From positions 82,637-139,575 of the forward strand of contig JAQGDQ010000563.1 in NCBI GenBank assembly GCA_030141605.1: a stretch of DNA of 56,939 nucleotides, read 5' to 3'. Below are positions 13,748 through 26,835 of this stretch, one piece after another. The notes below the pieces were generated by a model. It saw only the letters and a program-made list of their open reading frames with translations, ran no database searches and was not told the DNA's origin. The stretch's first letter is position 1; each line of letters begins with the position of its first letter. Made by a program: the position numbers and the translations under genes. The stretch comes from Tubiluchus corallicola (taxonomy: Eukaryota > Animalia > Priapulida).

Positions 13748-14090
13748 TTAACTCCTTCAAGACCGCACCATAAGACCTATGACTTTTTTGCTACTGTATG
13801 AGCACAGACATAACTAAATGATTACAAGCTGTGTACTGCTCTATTCAACAGAATCTCAGCTATTCATCATGCTAGTTTGTTTAAACATCAGAAAGTGAAT
13901 TAATTGAATCAAATAAAAAACACGCCCTTTTTAGGCACTCAAACTTAGACTATTGAGTAGCTTCATCTGGTGTACACTTGAGTGATCGTACACACTATTT
14001 TACTGACAACCTTCCTGCTACAGCCAATGAGAACTGCGCTAAACAGAATTACAGGAAAAATTAATCGATCAGCCAAGAACAAATTAATTT
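13748..14090 (+). repeat. Dispersed repeat; unexpanded homologue of the element at 38355-39530
   Basis: Shares, in the same order, cctatgacttttt, tgtatgagcacagac, agctattca, aaaaacacgccc, tacacttg, tgctacagc and cagccaa.aacaaattaa. Confidence 0.75.
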
Positions 14091-14904
14091 CGTTTCAGCT
14101 TTTAACATTTCTCCTTAAAAATAGGGTAGACTTGAGACTAAAGAGTATTGCGTCAGGATAGTTGAAATTTTCACACAGGTTGAAAAATTGGCAAGGACAA
14201 AAAGAGAAGAAAATGTAGTTTCCATGAAGCTTGTGTGTATGTAATTAAATTAAAAGAAAATATTCCAGAAATAAGATTAAAGGGGCATTTGCAACATCTC
14301 TTTTGCAGTAGTTAGATCTAAGGTGTCCATGTGCTTCTTATATTTCAAAAATGGCTGCCACACATAACAATCCGGGTGATGCAGTTATTTTATTGGTTCC
14401 CCCAAAATATTTACTATAAAAACAAAAAGCAAATTATTTCATCATTTGGACTTGGAGAATTCAAATAACTGTTATGGCAGATGGCTTTGCTTTACCCACA
14501 CGTCACTGACGGTTGTCGTTAAGACGCATTACTGTAATGCACTTAACCTTTGCCGTGCAGCAACTGTACGTGTTTAAAGGCTTATTTCTTTATTGTTTTT
14601 GGCAGATGCACTATGCACTTTAATTTTCATTTAGCTATTTTTGTGTCACCTTGGATTTACTTCAGTATGGTTTTAGATATGAATAATAATTGTACTTTAC
14701 TTTAGCAGCAAAATAACATTTGTACTTTGTAATTAAGCTGTGCCCAAGTTTGACAGTTTTGACTTTGCTGCTCTTTAATGTGATCAGATGGTCCTCCCTG
14801 AGTCAGATGGAGAATTTCATTTTAAAATTAACAACTTGGTTGCGCCTTACTTCTATTATCTAATTTACAATGTACCATTGATAAATCCTTTGTAGATGAG
14901 CACG

Positions 14905-15213
14905 TGTAGTATAGTTACCCTGTACGGAGTTTATTACCAGCACTTACAAAAACAGGGAACAAAATACACACGCACGAAAAATAACTAACTAAGTAACAGC
15001 ACTACACCCGAGGAGCACCTGCGTCAGAAGTCTCCGGCTGTAGTGACCTCTACACGCTTTTATACTGGCACTCCAGGTCAGCTGGCTTCTCACACTACCT
15101 GTAGGCCTAAACAAGACGTCAGGACCTACAAGAAACAGGTGAATCGCTGCTGACGTGGAAAGAGGGCGTGCAGAGGGCTCTACACCTGACCCGACACAGG
15201 TGTCTGCATAACA
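14905..15213 (-). mobile_element. Possible solo LTR
   Basis: GC-richer 309-bp island bounded by TGT...ACA. On the minus strand a TATAAAA (plus cttttata ~15057-15064) lies ~130 nt upstream of an AATAAA-like signal (plus tttatt ~14930). No target-site duplication found. Confidence 0.4.
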
Positions 15214-16389
15214 GTATTATAGTCGGGTCAATATTATTATCAAAAAATGTATAGTTATATAGATAAGATTTATTTATTTACACATATACAAAATTACATA
15301 TTAAATGTATATAATACAAAACATTTGCAAGTATGGCTTTAAGATAAAAAGAAATCTATCTAAATATTTGTTCAAATTGTTACAGTGCATATATGGAATT
15401 GGAACTTCGAAGTCAATACAACCGTCCCATTTTCACATATTGTCTAATAAAGGTTTACATATTGAGTAAAAGCCCAAAACATGAAAATGGTATTATAAGG
15501 CAATTAACAAACCATCATATAAATATCTTATAGTTATACTACATTAATACCAAGTTAAAAACATTGAATTGTATGATATTGTTACTCTGTTTGTTACCCG
15601 ACATATTTGAATGTATGTTAGTTTTCGATAATGACGTGCAAACTTATAGAACCAGACCACATACAAAATTTCACAGTGTCTGCAATATAAAATGCCTGAT
15701 CTTTCCTTGCTCTAAATTAGTTACAATTTCTGTCAAAGTATCATTTACTCAAACATGGATAAGAGATGATTTATTAGCAACATCCATTAATAACAACAAG
15801 GTAATTTCAAGTCAAAGAAAGCAACGTAAATGCCGGACTGTTAATACTAAAGAGCAGACAAAAATAATCCGTTGTCATTGAGTTTTAACGATAACAGGGT
15901 TGGTGGCGGGAGATTGATATTAGAGGGACAATTTTTGTCTTCAGCAAACAAATCACTTCAAAGAATTACCCTTTCATATGGAGCCATGTTTGCCCATGTG
16001 ATTACAAATTTTCTGTCTTCTTCAAACAGCCATTATTATCACCCAGGTGTGTCTTTGTTTGTGATGGCAAAAGAAACTGCTTTTTACTCCTGTGTTTTCA
16101 ATAGAAATTCTTTAAAATGTTTTTAAAGCTAAAAACTCAATCTCACTTATTGTGCTTATAATCCTTTTAGTTTTATCAAAACATCGCATTTCCCAGGTGG
16201 TTATATTATTACAAGCTTTACTTCAAAGAGAAAACACAATGGCATGTCTGACAGTATAATTGATCACAGGTTAAGCAAAAACGAAACTGGTCAGCAAATG
16301 TATTTGTGACTTTACAGTCAGCAGACCAGGATGTAGAAAACCACACTGTGTTGCGTCTTGCTAAATTAATGATCACGAATCAATTACAT

Positions 16390-16870
16390 TTAAAATAATA
16401 TAGTACTTTCGTATAAAACAGTTTAAAGTTTCTCTTAAGCAATAAGTTATGTTAAACGTGAGTTAAGATGAAATCTTATGCAAGAAGGAGGCTGTTATAC
16501 CAGAAAACTAAGCAATAATGGGAAATGTTTTTACTTCACACTCCTTTGTAGAAAAGCTTATGTCAATTTTCCTGGAATGTCGTTCACTATTAACAGTCTT
16601 GTCTGCATTTGCTCAGCTTTGTTCTGTTAACTCTTTCGCAGGTGTGGAATGCGAGCTTTTGAAATTTAACAACCTTGTATTCACTCTGCTTTATTTACTT
16701 AACTCTTTGCCCAGGCGTCTTTTTCTTAGTTCCCAGGCTAATGTATTGACACAAGATCTTAGCTTAAATTCAGAATTTTTCACATCTTCAGCACAAAGGA
16801 CGAAAACTTGTTTTAAAATAAACATTGCAGCATCTTTCAAAGCTCTTTGTGTTGAATGATTTTGAACGAA
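16390..16870 (-). repeat. Copy of a locally dispersed, decayed coding-like family (FSTKxCE family)
   Basis: Aligns with 27780-28015, 35500-36300 and 36540-37015 (gtttaaagtttc, ctttgtagaaaa, aactctttc.caggtgtggaa). Minus-strand frame reads KIDISFSTKECEV. Confidence 0.7.
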
Positions 16871-17029
16871 CGTTAATGTTTACATTGTAAAGTAAATAAA
16901 ACTGACAGACCGGTGACTTTTCAAGGATTAAAATAGAATATTTTTCTGTACAGAATTTTTAGTATAAAAGCATAAAGCTTTTAGAAAAACCACAACATCA
17001 GGTGTGACTTCAACATAATTATCACCATG

Positions 17030-17220
17030 ATCACAGTCACCATCATCATCATCAGCAGCAGCTGCAACAATAGCAACAGTAAGAACAACAACGACGATGA
17101 CAAGGACGACGACAACAACAACAACAGCAACAAAAACAACAACAACAACATCAACAAAAACAACAACTATATCAACGGCAACAAGATAAACAACAACGAC
17201 AACAACAACAACAACAACTC
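17030..17220. repeat. Compound trinucleotide microsatellite (CAT/CAG/CAA/AAC)
   Basis: Runs of catcat, cagcag and caacaa. Explains the poly-N/V/L ORFs in the track. Confidence 0.9.
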
Positions 17221-20200
17221 CCTTTGGAGCGTGTCTTAAGAGGTCTGGATGCAATTCAGCGTTTTGCCGGGATTACAAGTTTCTAATGCGAATTCTGGAG
17301 AAAATTGTTGAAGGTTAAAATCGTATTTTGTAGGGCTGTGTGATTGTCGTTTTGTGATCAATTCAAATACAAGATTTATAAATAAGCAGCCCTCCTATGT
17401 ACAGACAGCGCCTCTCGAATGGTTTGGTATTTGGCATTTTATGCTATAATTTGTTAATATTTATATTTAATTTGTTAGTCAGTTTTGGGACAGATTCTGT
17501 AGTTGATATTAGTTCCAGTTAACATGGAAAACATAAACTGTGATGCTTCATATTAATACTGTAAAGCTTATAACAAACTTAGATACGCTTCCAGTAATTG
17601 CTAAATCTCTACCTGGTGCTTGTGTTACATCTCGTGTTTTCAAGAAAGTGCCTCACTTGTTCTTGCTAAATTTTCAAAAATATTTTGCTCATGTTTTACC
17701 CTCTTAGAGTGTCGACCAAATTGATTACGTTTTTTAACTTTGGGATCTGTTTTATTAATGTGGGAAATTTAATTTTAATAGAATCAAAATTTAAAATTAA
17801 ATATAATTTAATTTTCAAGTTCGTTTTCTTTCTGCAAAGATTTCTGCGTTATACGCTAAACAATCGCCAAAAGTTCGCCAAACAATTTATGAAAGAGTTA
17901 TATGAAGGAAATGTGCCACCTTTGGACATAGTCACATGTCATTAATAATAATTATTTACAAGAAATACCTCGACATCCATATTGGTGGTCAAAGGGGAGA
18001 AGGCTTAGCAAACTTGAAGTGATAAAGTGATTTATTCTCTTCTTTAATTAAGGACAGAAATATGTCATCTAGTTTACTATTTAAGTAAAGTATTGCATGA
18101 GGTCGTAGTTCAGGTCCTTATATTTCGACTTGGAAGCATTTGACACTATACAAGCTATCAGGTATCCTAGCGGCCTGGTTTGATTTGTCATAAATTAATT
18201 GTCACTTTCTTTGTTAATTGTACGTTTTGCCTAAGTTTTAATTACTATATTTTTCACCTTCTTGTAGAAAGGCAGAGTAAAATTAGAAACAGCAAATTTT
18301 GATACAAGTTCTGTCGGACAGGGCTTTGGTCTTTCAAGCTTTAAAAGCCGCTTTAAGAATAATGGCGTCTACAGAAAGTAATTCAACTTCAAGCTATTGC
18401 TACTTTTGGTATATTTTTGCGAATTGAGAAAAGCCCTGGTAACGGGTAGGTGTCACAAAAAGAATGTTTTAGAGTGTTTTTATTTTTTACAACTAATTAC
18501 TGTCCAATTTTCACATTTCATGCCGTAGTTTAGACGTCATAGATGCGTTTTACCAGAAAGCAAATTTGGAAGAAAAGCGTATTTGTTTACGAAAATCAGC
18601 TGTAGCTCTATTACTAACATGCCACGAAATGGTCCACGTCACGGAACAATTTTTAAAATTAAAAATTCAATTCTCATTGTTGATTATTATAATCCCAAAT
18701 TTTCCTGGAATTATTTTGGTCACTTTATGACTGGGTTGTAATAGCTTTTCGTAACGTAAAAAAGGAACTCAGATTTGAATCATTGACAATTATAATCCAA
18801 TTCAAGACCATTTATTTTCATAAGGACATACAAGAGTCACATAAATGTGAGTGTAATGAACAAACCTGAACAGCTTTTCACAACATACAAGTCCATTCTA
18901 GTTTTTGTAATGCCTGCTGGTTGTATTACAATTTCAATCGAAATTATGTGCAATTAATAAACACATACGAAGTATTTTACAGTTTGAATAACAAACGGGA
19001 TGTGTGAGCAAGTTTAAAGAAGTTCTACATCTTTCAAATTTTAACAAATTCTATGGCATAGGACACAAGTTCAGTTGACGTGCTCTAAGCTCAGCACACA
19101 ATGCAGGTCTTTTATTTTGACCATAACTGTAACAAAAATTAAGCAGGTCTTATTATCCTGCAATAACAATTTATTGTAGCTTATATAGGTTCTTAAAAGG
19201 AAGAAAATATTTGGTAGTAAGATGGTCAACTTGTGCAAATAGATTGCGCTTAAAAAGTAAAAGAATTTTGCGTCTATTAAAAATGTTCAAGCAAACATTA
19301 TTGGCGCCATATTTCTAGTGCTCAAGGATTTGAGGCGGAGTTAAAAAGCTGTCATGGTGAACAACTCCAACACGTCAGTTTATAGGCGTAACTTTCAGAT
19401 GCGTGAAGACGAGACAACTCAAGCAAATCATTTGCTTTTCAGTCTTGCTATAAGCGCGAGCAGTGCTCCAGGAAAAAAACGCAAGAATTTTTAGTGAAGT
19501 GTTTTTAATGAATACTGATTTTGAGTGCAAAATGTGTGATTTTGTTAGAAAAGTGAAAATTTTGGTTTCTGTGCGAAACAATTTCTTCTTTGCACTTAAC
19601 CACAGAAGTAACCACGCTCTAGTCTTCCATTTTGTCTAATAAATAGATTGTGGCTGCAAGGTGATTTAAAAAGGGAATTGTGGCACTTCATAAAGCAAGT
19701 TTTAAATTAACGTTCGTTCAGTAAAAGGGAAAAAGCGCCTAAGTTGTAAGCAGCTACAGTAGCTCAAGTTCCTTCGTGACGTCATCCGCATGATTTGTCT
19801 GGAATATGGCACGGAGTATAAATTTGCTTTACAAGGATTATGTCAGGCATCAGCAATCTAATTCTGTCTTTATAGCTGTGCTGCATATGTTTTAGGGTAA
19901 GTGTTAATCTTATGAGCAATCATTTTAAATCACTTACTTTGTTTTGCATAAATGGGTGGTGTAGGGCTGTGATCTATCATGACACGTTAATATTGTTTGG
20001 TCGCCTGTAAGGCCTGATTCCAGTTTAGGGAATTTTAAGGCACTCTCGGATCGCCCAAATTAGAAATACCACTGAAATAAGGGATCCAATAGTAAGTTGC
20101 GTCCTTTATCTACAAACTGAGGCAAAAATAGTTGAAACATACCGCCTATTAATAAACAAAAACAACTTTTATAAACTAATGAAAGTTTTCGTGAAATATT

Positions 20201-20724
20201 TTTGTTTGGGGGCTACCAAAGCACGGTATTTTTATCTTCTACTGCGCGCCACAGTCTAGCAAGTAGCAACAAAAACAAAGAAAAATCAAACTGTAAACTT
20301 ACTGAAAAGTTAGAAAGAGCTAGAAACAGATAATTCTGCTGCCGTCTTCCTCCTAGCGTGGGCTGCCTACAGTAAGCCGCGTCACCTATAATCAGCACAG
20401 CTTCTCACAAGCCGTTTTGAGCAGTTTATAGTGAGCCTTGTTGTGAAATAAGTTTGAGCATTAATTTCGTTTGCCATAAGGCTTCTAGCATGTTTCTGGT
20501 TTTTACATTACAAAATTCAATTACATTGTAAGAATTCATAACAGATTCGTGATTTAAGTCCGTTTCTCAGAAAACAGTCTAACAGTATCCCAGGATCTCT
20601 CAATAGTCTCCCAGAGAAAACCCCTTACCAGAAAAAATAACTGCATTTCCTAGAAAGATATTTAGCAAAAAAATGTAAGGTTCTCAACTCTTACATCTTT
20701 TTTATAGTAGGACAAAGCCTTCGA

Positions 20725-20741
20725 TTTCTCTTTCTCTGTTT

Positions 20742-20785
<44 letters not shown>

Positions 20786-20945
20786 CCGCTCACCCTCTCT
20801 TTCTCTCTCTCTCTTTCTCTCTCTCCTCATCTTCTCTCTCCCTCCCATTCTTTATCTTTTGCTTTTTTTTCCTTTCACCCCATTCTCCTCCTGTTATTTT
20901 CCTCTATTTACACATCGGCCCTCTCTCTTGCTTTTTATCGTTCCT
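20725..20945. repeat. (CT)n microsatellite and polypyrimidine tract
   Basis: Pure (CT)n at ~20745-20777 with degenerate flanks. Confidence 0.9.
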
Positions 20946-21748
20946 TTTCTGTCTGCTTTCCACAGTGTTAGTTATCTGCAGTGCTATGATGAATGACTAT
21001 CAGATATCAGTGTCATTAAAAAAATGACGCATTGTTTAAGGGGTCAACATTGTTCTTCTAAAGTTTATTGCTGTTTTGGAAAATATTCTGTTTTGAAACA
21101 TCCTTGGAACAATTTCAAGTTGTCAATTGGTTAAAATTGCTTTCTCAAATTAATTTGCATTGCATCAACTGACGTCTATAATCTCTTCAGATTCGATTGA
21201 CATTCACAAAAGTTGAAATAAAGTTTAATAGATAATAATTATAAAAAATGAATGCTTTGTGAACTATAGTATACAGATTTGTGAATATCTTGGGACGTCT
21301 TTGGGATATGAAGTACTACCATGAGAGGCCCTTTTTGTACCAAATTTTAGTTTCCAGTCTATTTTTGCGCAATGATTACACACACCTGTTAGAATATACG
21401 ATAATGGACCTATAGCTTTCGAGGGTAGCAAAATATACCGCTTTTGCAGAATTTGATGAAAACGTGTGAACGACCTCAACATAGTAATAACAGCTTTATT
21501 TTTAGCCCAGTTGTGTACGACAGTATCACCAGTACACTCTGATACGTCTTCAGCAGAGCTGCACTAGTTTAATTTTTTCACGGGGAGAGGCATAAATGTA
21601 GTTCCTAAATGGCGTCTCCCGCAAGAGACAAAAAAGCTAATTACTCATTAATTAGACAACGTACTGCTAAAAAATTTCGCCAAGTTTTTCACGGGGAAGG
21701 CAGCTATAAAATAAGTTCAACTTCATTTTCATGATAATCCCTCTTTAA

Positions 21749-21930
21749 AGCACAAGAAAAACTCTGTACTTTCACACAGCTTAGAAATCCTTTTAAAACG
21801 AACGAAACAACATTAGAAAACAAACGAAAAATCCTTTCAGTACGATATATGCACAAAATTGCAGTAAACCAGTATAATTTTTTAAGACGATTTTGCTGAA
21901 CCCTACTTCAGGTACCCCTTTTCTTGTCCT
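21749..21930. mobile_element. Non-autonomous TIR element (MITE), Kolobok-like, short copy
   Basis: TTAA|agcacaagaaaa ... ttttcttgtcct|TTAG: 12-bp TIR with one mismatch and a TTAA-like TSD. The right part aligns with 27470-27586. Confidence 0.65.
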
Positions 21931-22074
21931 TTAGGCAAAGTCAAAACTTTATGTTGCTAAGGGGGCCAAAAGTAACTTCTGCTCTCTTTGCAGGGCAATA
22001 TTAAGCAGGAAAAGTGGTACAGATTCACGCTCCTTTGTACAAAATTATTTCTTTTAACTTCTGTCTGTATTTGC

Positions 22075-22280
22075 TCTGCTTTATTTCCCAACTCTTTTGC
22101 AGGTGTGGAACGCAGGCTTTGAATTCACGGGGCTTTATTTTCCCAACTCTTTCCCAGGTGTGGAGCGCAGGCTTTGAATTCACAGGGCTTTATTTGCTTA
22201 ACTCTTTCCCAGGTATGGAACGCAAGCTTGGAAAGTCAAGTGTGTAATCGGTTCGCTTTGTTTGCTTAACTCTTTCTTTG
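22075..22280. repeat. ~55-bp tandem repeat (3-4 units) of the aactctttcccaggtgtggaacgcaggcttt module
   Basis: Same core as the 69-bp array at 35705-36065 but with a shorter period. Confidence 0.8.
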
Positions 22281-22357
22281 TGAGGAATTTTAGCAGACCA
22301 CGCATTGAAAGATTTTCATCATTTTTCTGTGAAATTTTAAGTATTATAATACTCGTG

Positions 22358-22669
22358 GCACATTTCGCAAAGCCCTAAATTGCAGACCACTTCAGAGCCT
22401 CCATGCACACAAAAGTGCAGCTTAATGGATTGTAAAGTATTCGAGGTTCACTCAAAATGAAAGATGTAATGTTGAACAATTACATCTGGAAATTTATAAT
22501 GCCGGAAATAATTATCCTGGCTTTTTGAAATTTACAATCTTTGTGTCAAATTCCACAAAAGCCCTAAGTTGCAAACCACTTGAGACAACCTCCCTGCTCA
22601 CAAAAGTGCAGCTTAATGGTTCTCAACATCTTGTGAAGTATTTGAGTTAGACACAAAGAAAGATTTTAA
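22358..22669. repeat. Diverged tandem duplication, period ~190 bp
   Basis: aaagccctaa.ttgca.accactt and cacaaaagtgcagcttaatgg each occur twice (~22370-22430 and ~22558-22620). Confidence 0.8.
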
Positions 22670-23382
22670 TCGTATATATTAAGTCTACCGATATGGGCTT
22701 AATATATAAGATACGAGGCTACAGCTTCGACGGCGTTTGTGGTAATCTATATATACATCAAACGAAAGGTCTAGTGTCGTGCCATTGGGGGTTTATTTTT
22801 CGAATCTAGCCCACCGGGACGAACGGGGGGCAAAAAACCTCCAAAAATGACCATTTTCGGCCGTTTTTTGCAAAAGTTATACGTCTGAGACCTGGAGAAC
22901 GGGAATGGGCCATGGGTGGTGCTGCCTGTGGATAGTAGCCATGTTTAGAAATTGCGACGGGGCCACGGCGTCCCATAAGGGGCGTTTTCCTGGACCCAAC
23001 TCGCGATTTTTTCCAAATTTTGATCAAACTGCATGCGGAAAACTTTCTAGCGGCGCCTGGTGAAACTCTTAAAATGAGATATATAGCTCTTTAGGAAGAG
23101 GAAGAACAGGGCTACACGATGATGTGGGCCGTGCTTTATAATACGTCCACAGCGAGGAGAGCCGAAGAGTTAATTAGATGTTGTATTTTCGGCAATTTTC
23201 GCTAAGAAAACTGCTGATGCAAAGCCATTGTTCTGACGTCATCCATTATACTCGGTCTATAAGCTTATAACTTTAATTCAGTAAAAGCTGCCGCTGCTGG
23301 CTTTGCGTTATAAATGAGGACTATGCGTATTTTTGATTATACGTGTATTTATATGAAAAATTTTTTGCTGGGCCTTTGCTAG
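22670..23382 (+). mobile_element. Non-autonomous Helitron, copy 1 (long form)
   Basis: Starts A|TCgtatatatt and ends with a degenerate hairpin plus gggcctttgCTAG. Homologous along its length to copy 3. Confidence 0.8.
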
Positions 23383-23402
23383 TCATATATATTAATTCTG
23401 AT

Positions 23403-23447
<45 letters not shown>

Positions 23448-23920
23448 TTATTTATTTATTTATTTATACATATATAAGATTCGAGGCTGCAGCTCCGACG
23501 ACGGCACCATTTGCGGCGATCTCAAACGAAAGGTCTCGATCTAGTTTCGTACCATTGGGGGTTTATTTTTCGAATCGGGCCCACTGAACTCTCGGGCAGG
23601 AGATATGTAGCTCTTTAGAAAGAGCAAGAACTGGGCTACACGATGATGTGGGCTATATTTTGGTACATGTCCGCCAAAAGGGGTACCGACATGTTAATTA
23701 GATGTTCTATTTTCCGTAATTTTCGCTTGGAAAACTGCTCACGCAAAGCCATTGTTGTGACGTCATCTATTGTACTCTGTCTGTAAGCTTATAACTTTAA
23801 TTCAGTAAAAGCTGCTGCAGGCTTTGCGTTAGATGAACAGACAAACACTAGGTAGGACGTTCGCGTATTTTTGATTATACGTGTATTTATACGCAAAATT
23901 TTTTGCGGGGCTTTTGCTAG
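23383..23920 (+). mobile_element. Non-autonomous Helitron, copy 2 (internally deleted form with a (TA)n/(TATT)n insertion)
   Basis: Starts TCatatatatt immediately after the CTAG of copy 1. Ends with the hairpin cgcaaaa-tt-ttttgcg, 9 nt, then CTAG. Confidence 0.85.
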
Positions 23921-24605
23921 TCTATATATTAATTCTCTCGGTATGGGCCTTATATGTATATAAGATTCGAGGCTACAGCTTCGACGGCGGCACCGTTAGC
24001 GGCGATCTATACATCAAACGAAAGGTCTCGATCTAGTGTCATGCCATTGGGGGCTTATTTTTCGAATCGGGCCCACCGCGAGGAACGGGGGGCGAAAAAC
24101 CTCCAAAAATGGCCATTTTTCGGCCGTTTTTTGCAAAACTATTACCTCTTATTTCTGAAGAACGTTGCCGGCCATGGATAGATAGCCCGTTCAGCGGTGG
24201 GTGTAGTAGGCATATTTAGAATTCGCGAGAGGGCCACGGCATCCCGCAACGGGCGTTTTCCCGGACGCAACTCGCGATTTTTTCGAAATTTTGACCAAAC
24301 AGCATTCGGGAAAAACGTTCTTGCGGCGCCTGGTGGGACTCTCGAAACGAATTACATAGCTCTTTAGAAAGACCAAGAATAGGGCTACACAATGGTGTAG
24401 GGTATGTTTTAGTACACGTCCTCTAAAAGGAGTACCGACGAGTTAATTAGATGTCCAATTTTTGGCAATTTTCGCTTAGAAAACTGCTGACGCAAAGCCA
24501 TTGTTCTGACGTCATTCATCCATTATACTCTGTTTAGGTAGGATGTTTGCGTATTTTTGATTATAAGTGTATTTGTATGCAATTTTTTTGCGGAGCCTTT
24601 GCTAG
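23921..24605 (+). mobile_element. Non-autonomous Helitron, copy 3 (long form)
   Basis: Starts TCtatatatt immediately after the CTAG of copy 2. Ends tgcaatttttttgcggagcctttgCTAG|T. Confidence 0.85.
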
Positions 24606-25409
24606 TCTCTAATAATTTTGTATGGAATTTAATAATGATTGATAAGCCTGACAATAATAATCTCGCTTTTTGAAGTGGTTCAGCAAATTTATACAACACT
24701 CTTCGCAGCGCGAGAACTACTGGGTAATGACCAACCTTGGAAACGATTTCTATGAAGTAAATCAATAATGAAGTAATGAGGCCTAAATACAACAACAGCA
24801 TAACAACTTTGCAACATTTGGATATTTGAAGAAACTTTTTTGGCACAAGTGTTGACTCTTGTTGCTTGCCACTGTCGTTTTTAACAATAACTGTGTTATC
24901 ATTATTTTTGTCCTTGTCGCTGTTGCTCCACGTTTACCTGTCACTTCAGTTACTGTTGTTGTTGTTGATGTGCTGGTAATGATGATGATGACGATGACGA
25001 TGTCACTCTGCTTTTCTTGCTGTTTCTGCAAGCTTTATACCTTTATACTAATAATTTTGCAAGAAAAAAATCCCCGTTTTTTTCATTTGAAACAAACTAA
25101 TGTTGAGGGAAGGCTAGAGAGCAGCTTAATCTTTTCCCACGAAATCTTATGCACTTTAATATAATCCCTGAAAAGGATGCGGTCTATCAGCTTTATTTGC
25201 TTAAAAGTTTTGATGAAATGAGGATTGTTAGTCTTAAGGTGTTTTGCAAGCATCTATAATCTCTTAAACTTCTTACAAATTTTCACTCAAACTTCCTTGT
25301 TGGGCGGCTGTAAGGCAATGAGAATTATTTTTCAGACTTGAATTATCAGGAGATTATTATTACATTATATTAATGTAATACTATATATCAACCTAAGCCG
25401 GTTGATACC

Positions 25410-25640
25410 TATATCTACCTGTATGGGCTTAATATATAAGTTTCGAGGCTACAGCTCCGACGAGGGGGGGGGGGGCATTTGCGGTGATCTATATATACAT
25501 CAAACGAAAGGTCTCGATCTAGTGTCGTGCCATTAGGGGTTTGTTTTTCGAATCGGGCCCACTGAACTCACGGAAGGAGATATATAGCTCTTTAGAGAGA
25601 GGAAGAACAGGGCTACACGATGATGTGGGCTATATTTTAG
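25410..25640 (+). mobile_element. Helitron copy 4, deleted form, 3'-truncated
   Basis: tatgggcttaatatataag..cgaggctacagctccgacg and catcaaacgaaaggtctcgatctagtg. Shares the deletion junction gggcccactgaactc with copy 2. Confidence 0.8.
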
Positions 25641-25662
25641 TAAATACTAGTCATTACCTACT

Positions 25663-26835
25663 GACTGTCGGTAAATAAGTGCAGTTGTTGTGACTGTCAG
25701 TAAATAAGCGCGGTTGTTGTGACTGTCAGCAAATAAGTGCAGTTGTTGTGACTGTCAGTAAATAAGTGCAGTTGTTGTGACTGTCAGTAAATAAGTGCAG
25801 TTGTTGTGACTGTCAGCAAATAAGTGCAGTTGTTGTGACTGTCAGTAAATAAGTGCAGTTGTTGTGACTGTCAGCAAATAAGTGCAGTTGTTGTGACTGT
25901 CAGCAAATAAGTGAGGCTGTTGTGAATGTCAGCAAATAAGTGAGGCTGTTGTGACTGTCAGCAAATAAGTGCGGTTGTTGTGACTGTTAGCAAATAAGCG
26001 AGGCTGTTGTGATTGTCAGCAAATAAGTGCGGTTGTTGTGACTGTTAGCAAATAAGTGCGGTTGTTGTGACTGTCAGCAAATAAGTGAGGCTGTTGTGAC
26101 TGTCAGCAAATAAGTGCGGTTGTTGTGACTGTCAGCAAATAAGTGCGGCTGTTATGACTGTCAGCAAATAAGTGAGGCTGTTGTGACTGTCAGTAAATAA
26201 GCGCGGTTGTTGTGACTGTCACAAATAAGTGCGGCTCTTGTGACTGTCAGCAAATAAGTGCGGTTGTTGTGACTGTCACAAATAAGTGAGGCTGTTGTGA
26301 TTGTCAGCAAATAAGTGAGGCTGTTGTGACTGTCAGCAAATAAGTGTGGTTGTTGTGACTGTCAGTAAATAAGTACGGTTGTTGGGACTGTCAGTAAATA
26401 AGTGCAGTTGTTGTGACTGTCACAAATAAGTGAGGCTGTTGTGATTGTCAGTAAATAAGTGAGGCTGTTGTGACTGTCAGTAAACAAGTGCAGTTGTTGT
26501 GACTGTCAGCAAATAAGTGAGGCTATTGTGAATGACAGCAAATAAGTGAGGCTGTTGTGACTGTCACAAATAAGTGAGGCTGTTGTGATTGTCAGTAAAT
26601 AAGTGAGGCTGTTGTGACTGTCAGTAAATAAGTGCAGTTGTCGTGACTGTCAGCATATAAGTGCGGTTGTTGTGACTGTCAGCAAATAAGTGCGGCTGTT
26701 GTGACTGTCAGCAAATAAGTGCAGTTGTTGTGACTGTCAGCAAATAACAGCTGTTGTCAGCAAATAAGTGCGGTTGTTCAGACTGTTATTAAATAAGTGC
26801 GGTTGTTGCGATTGTCAGCAAATAAGTGAGGTTGT
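25663..26835. repeat. 29-bp minisatellite, about 40 units
   Basis: Consensus gactgtcagcaaataagtgcagttgttgt with variants gcggtt/gaggct. Units abut with no spacers. Confidence 0.95.

Noticed and set aside
16928-17254. Poly-V, poly-L and poly-N ORFs (also 24783-25164, 52597-52896, 40491-40984)
   Set aside because: Translations of microsatellite or low-complexity DNA.
17685-18030. Exon-like text FLRYTLNNRQKFAKQFMKELYEG and NNNYLQEIP (LRR-like)
   Set aside because: Short, frame-broken and without a recognisable family.
25663-26835. 29-bp and 33-bp arrays as CRISPR arrays
   Set aside because: Units abut with no unique spacers, no cas genes are present, and the context is eukaryotic.
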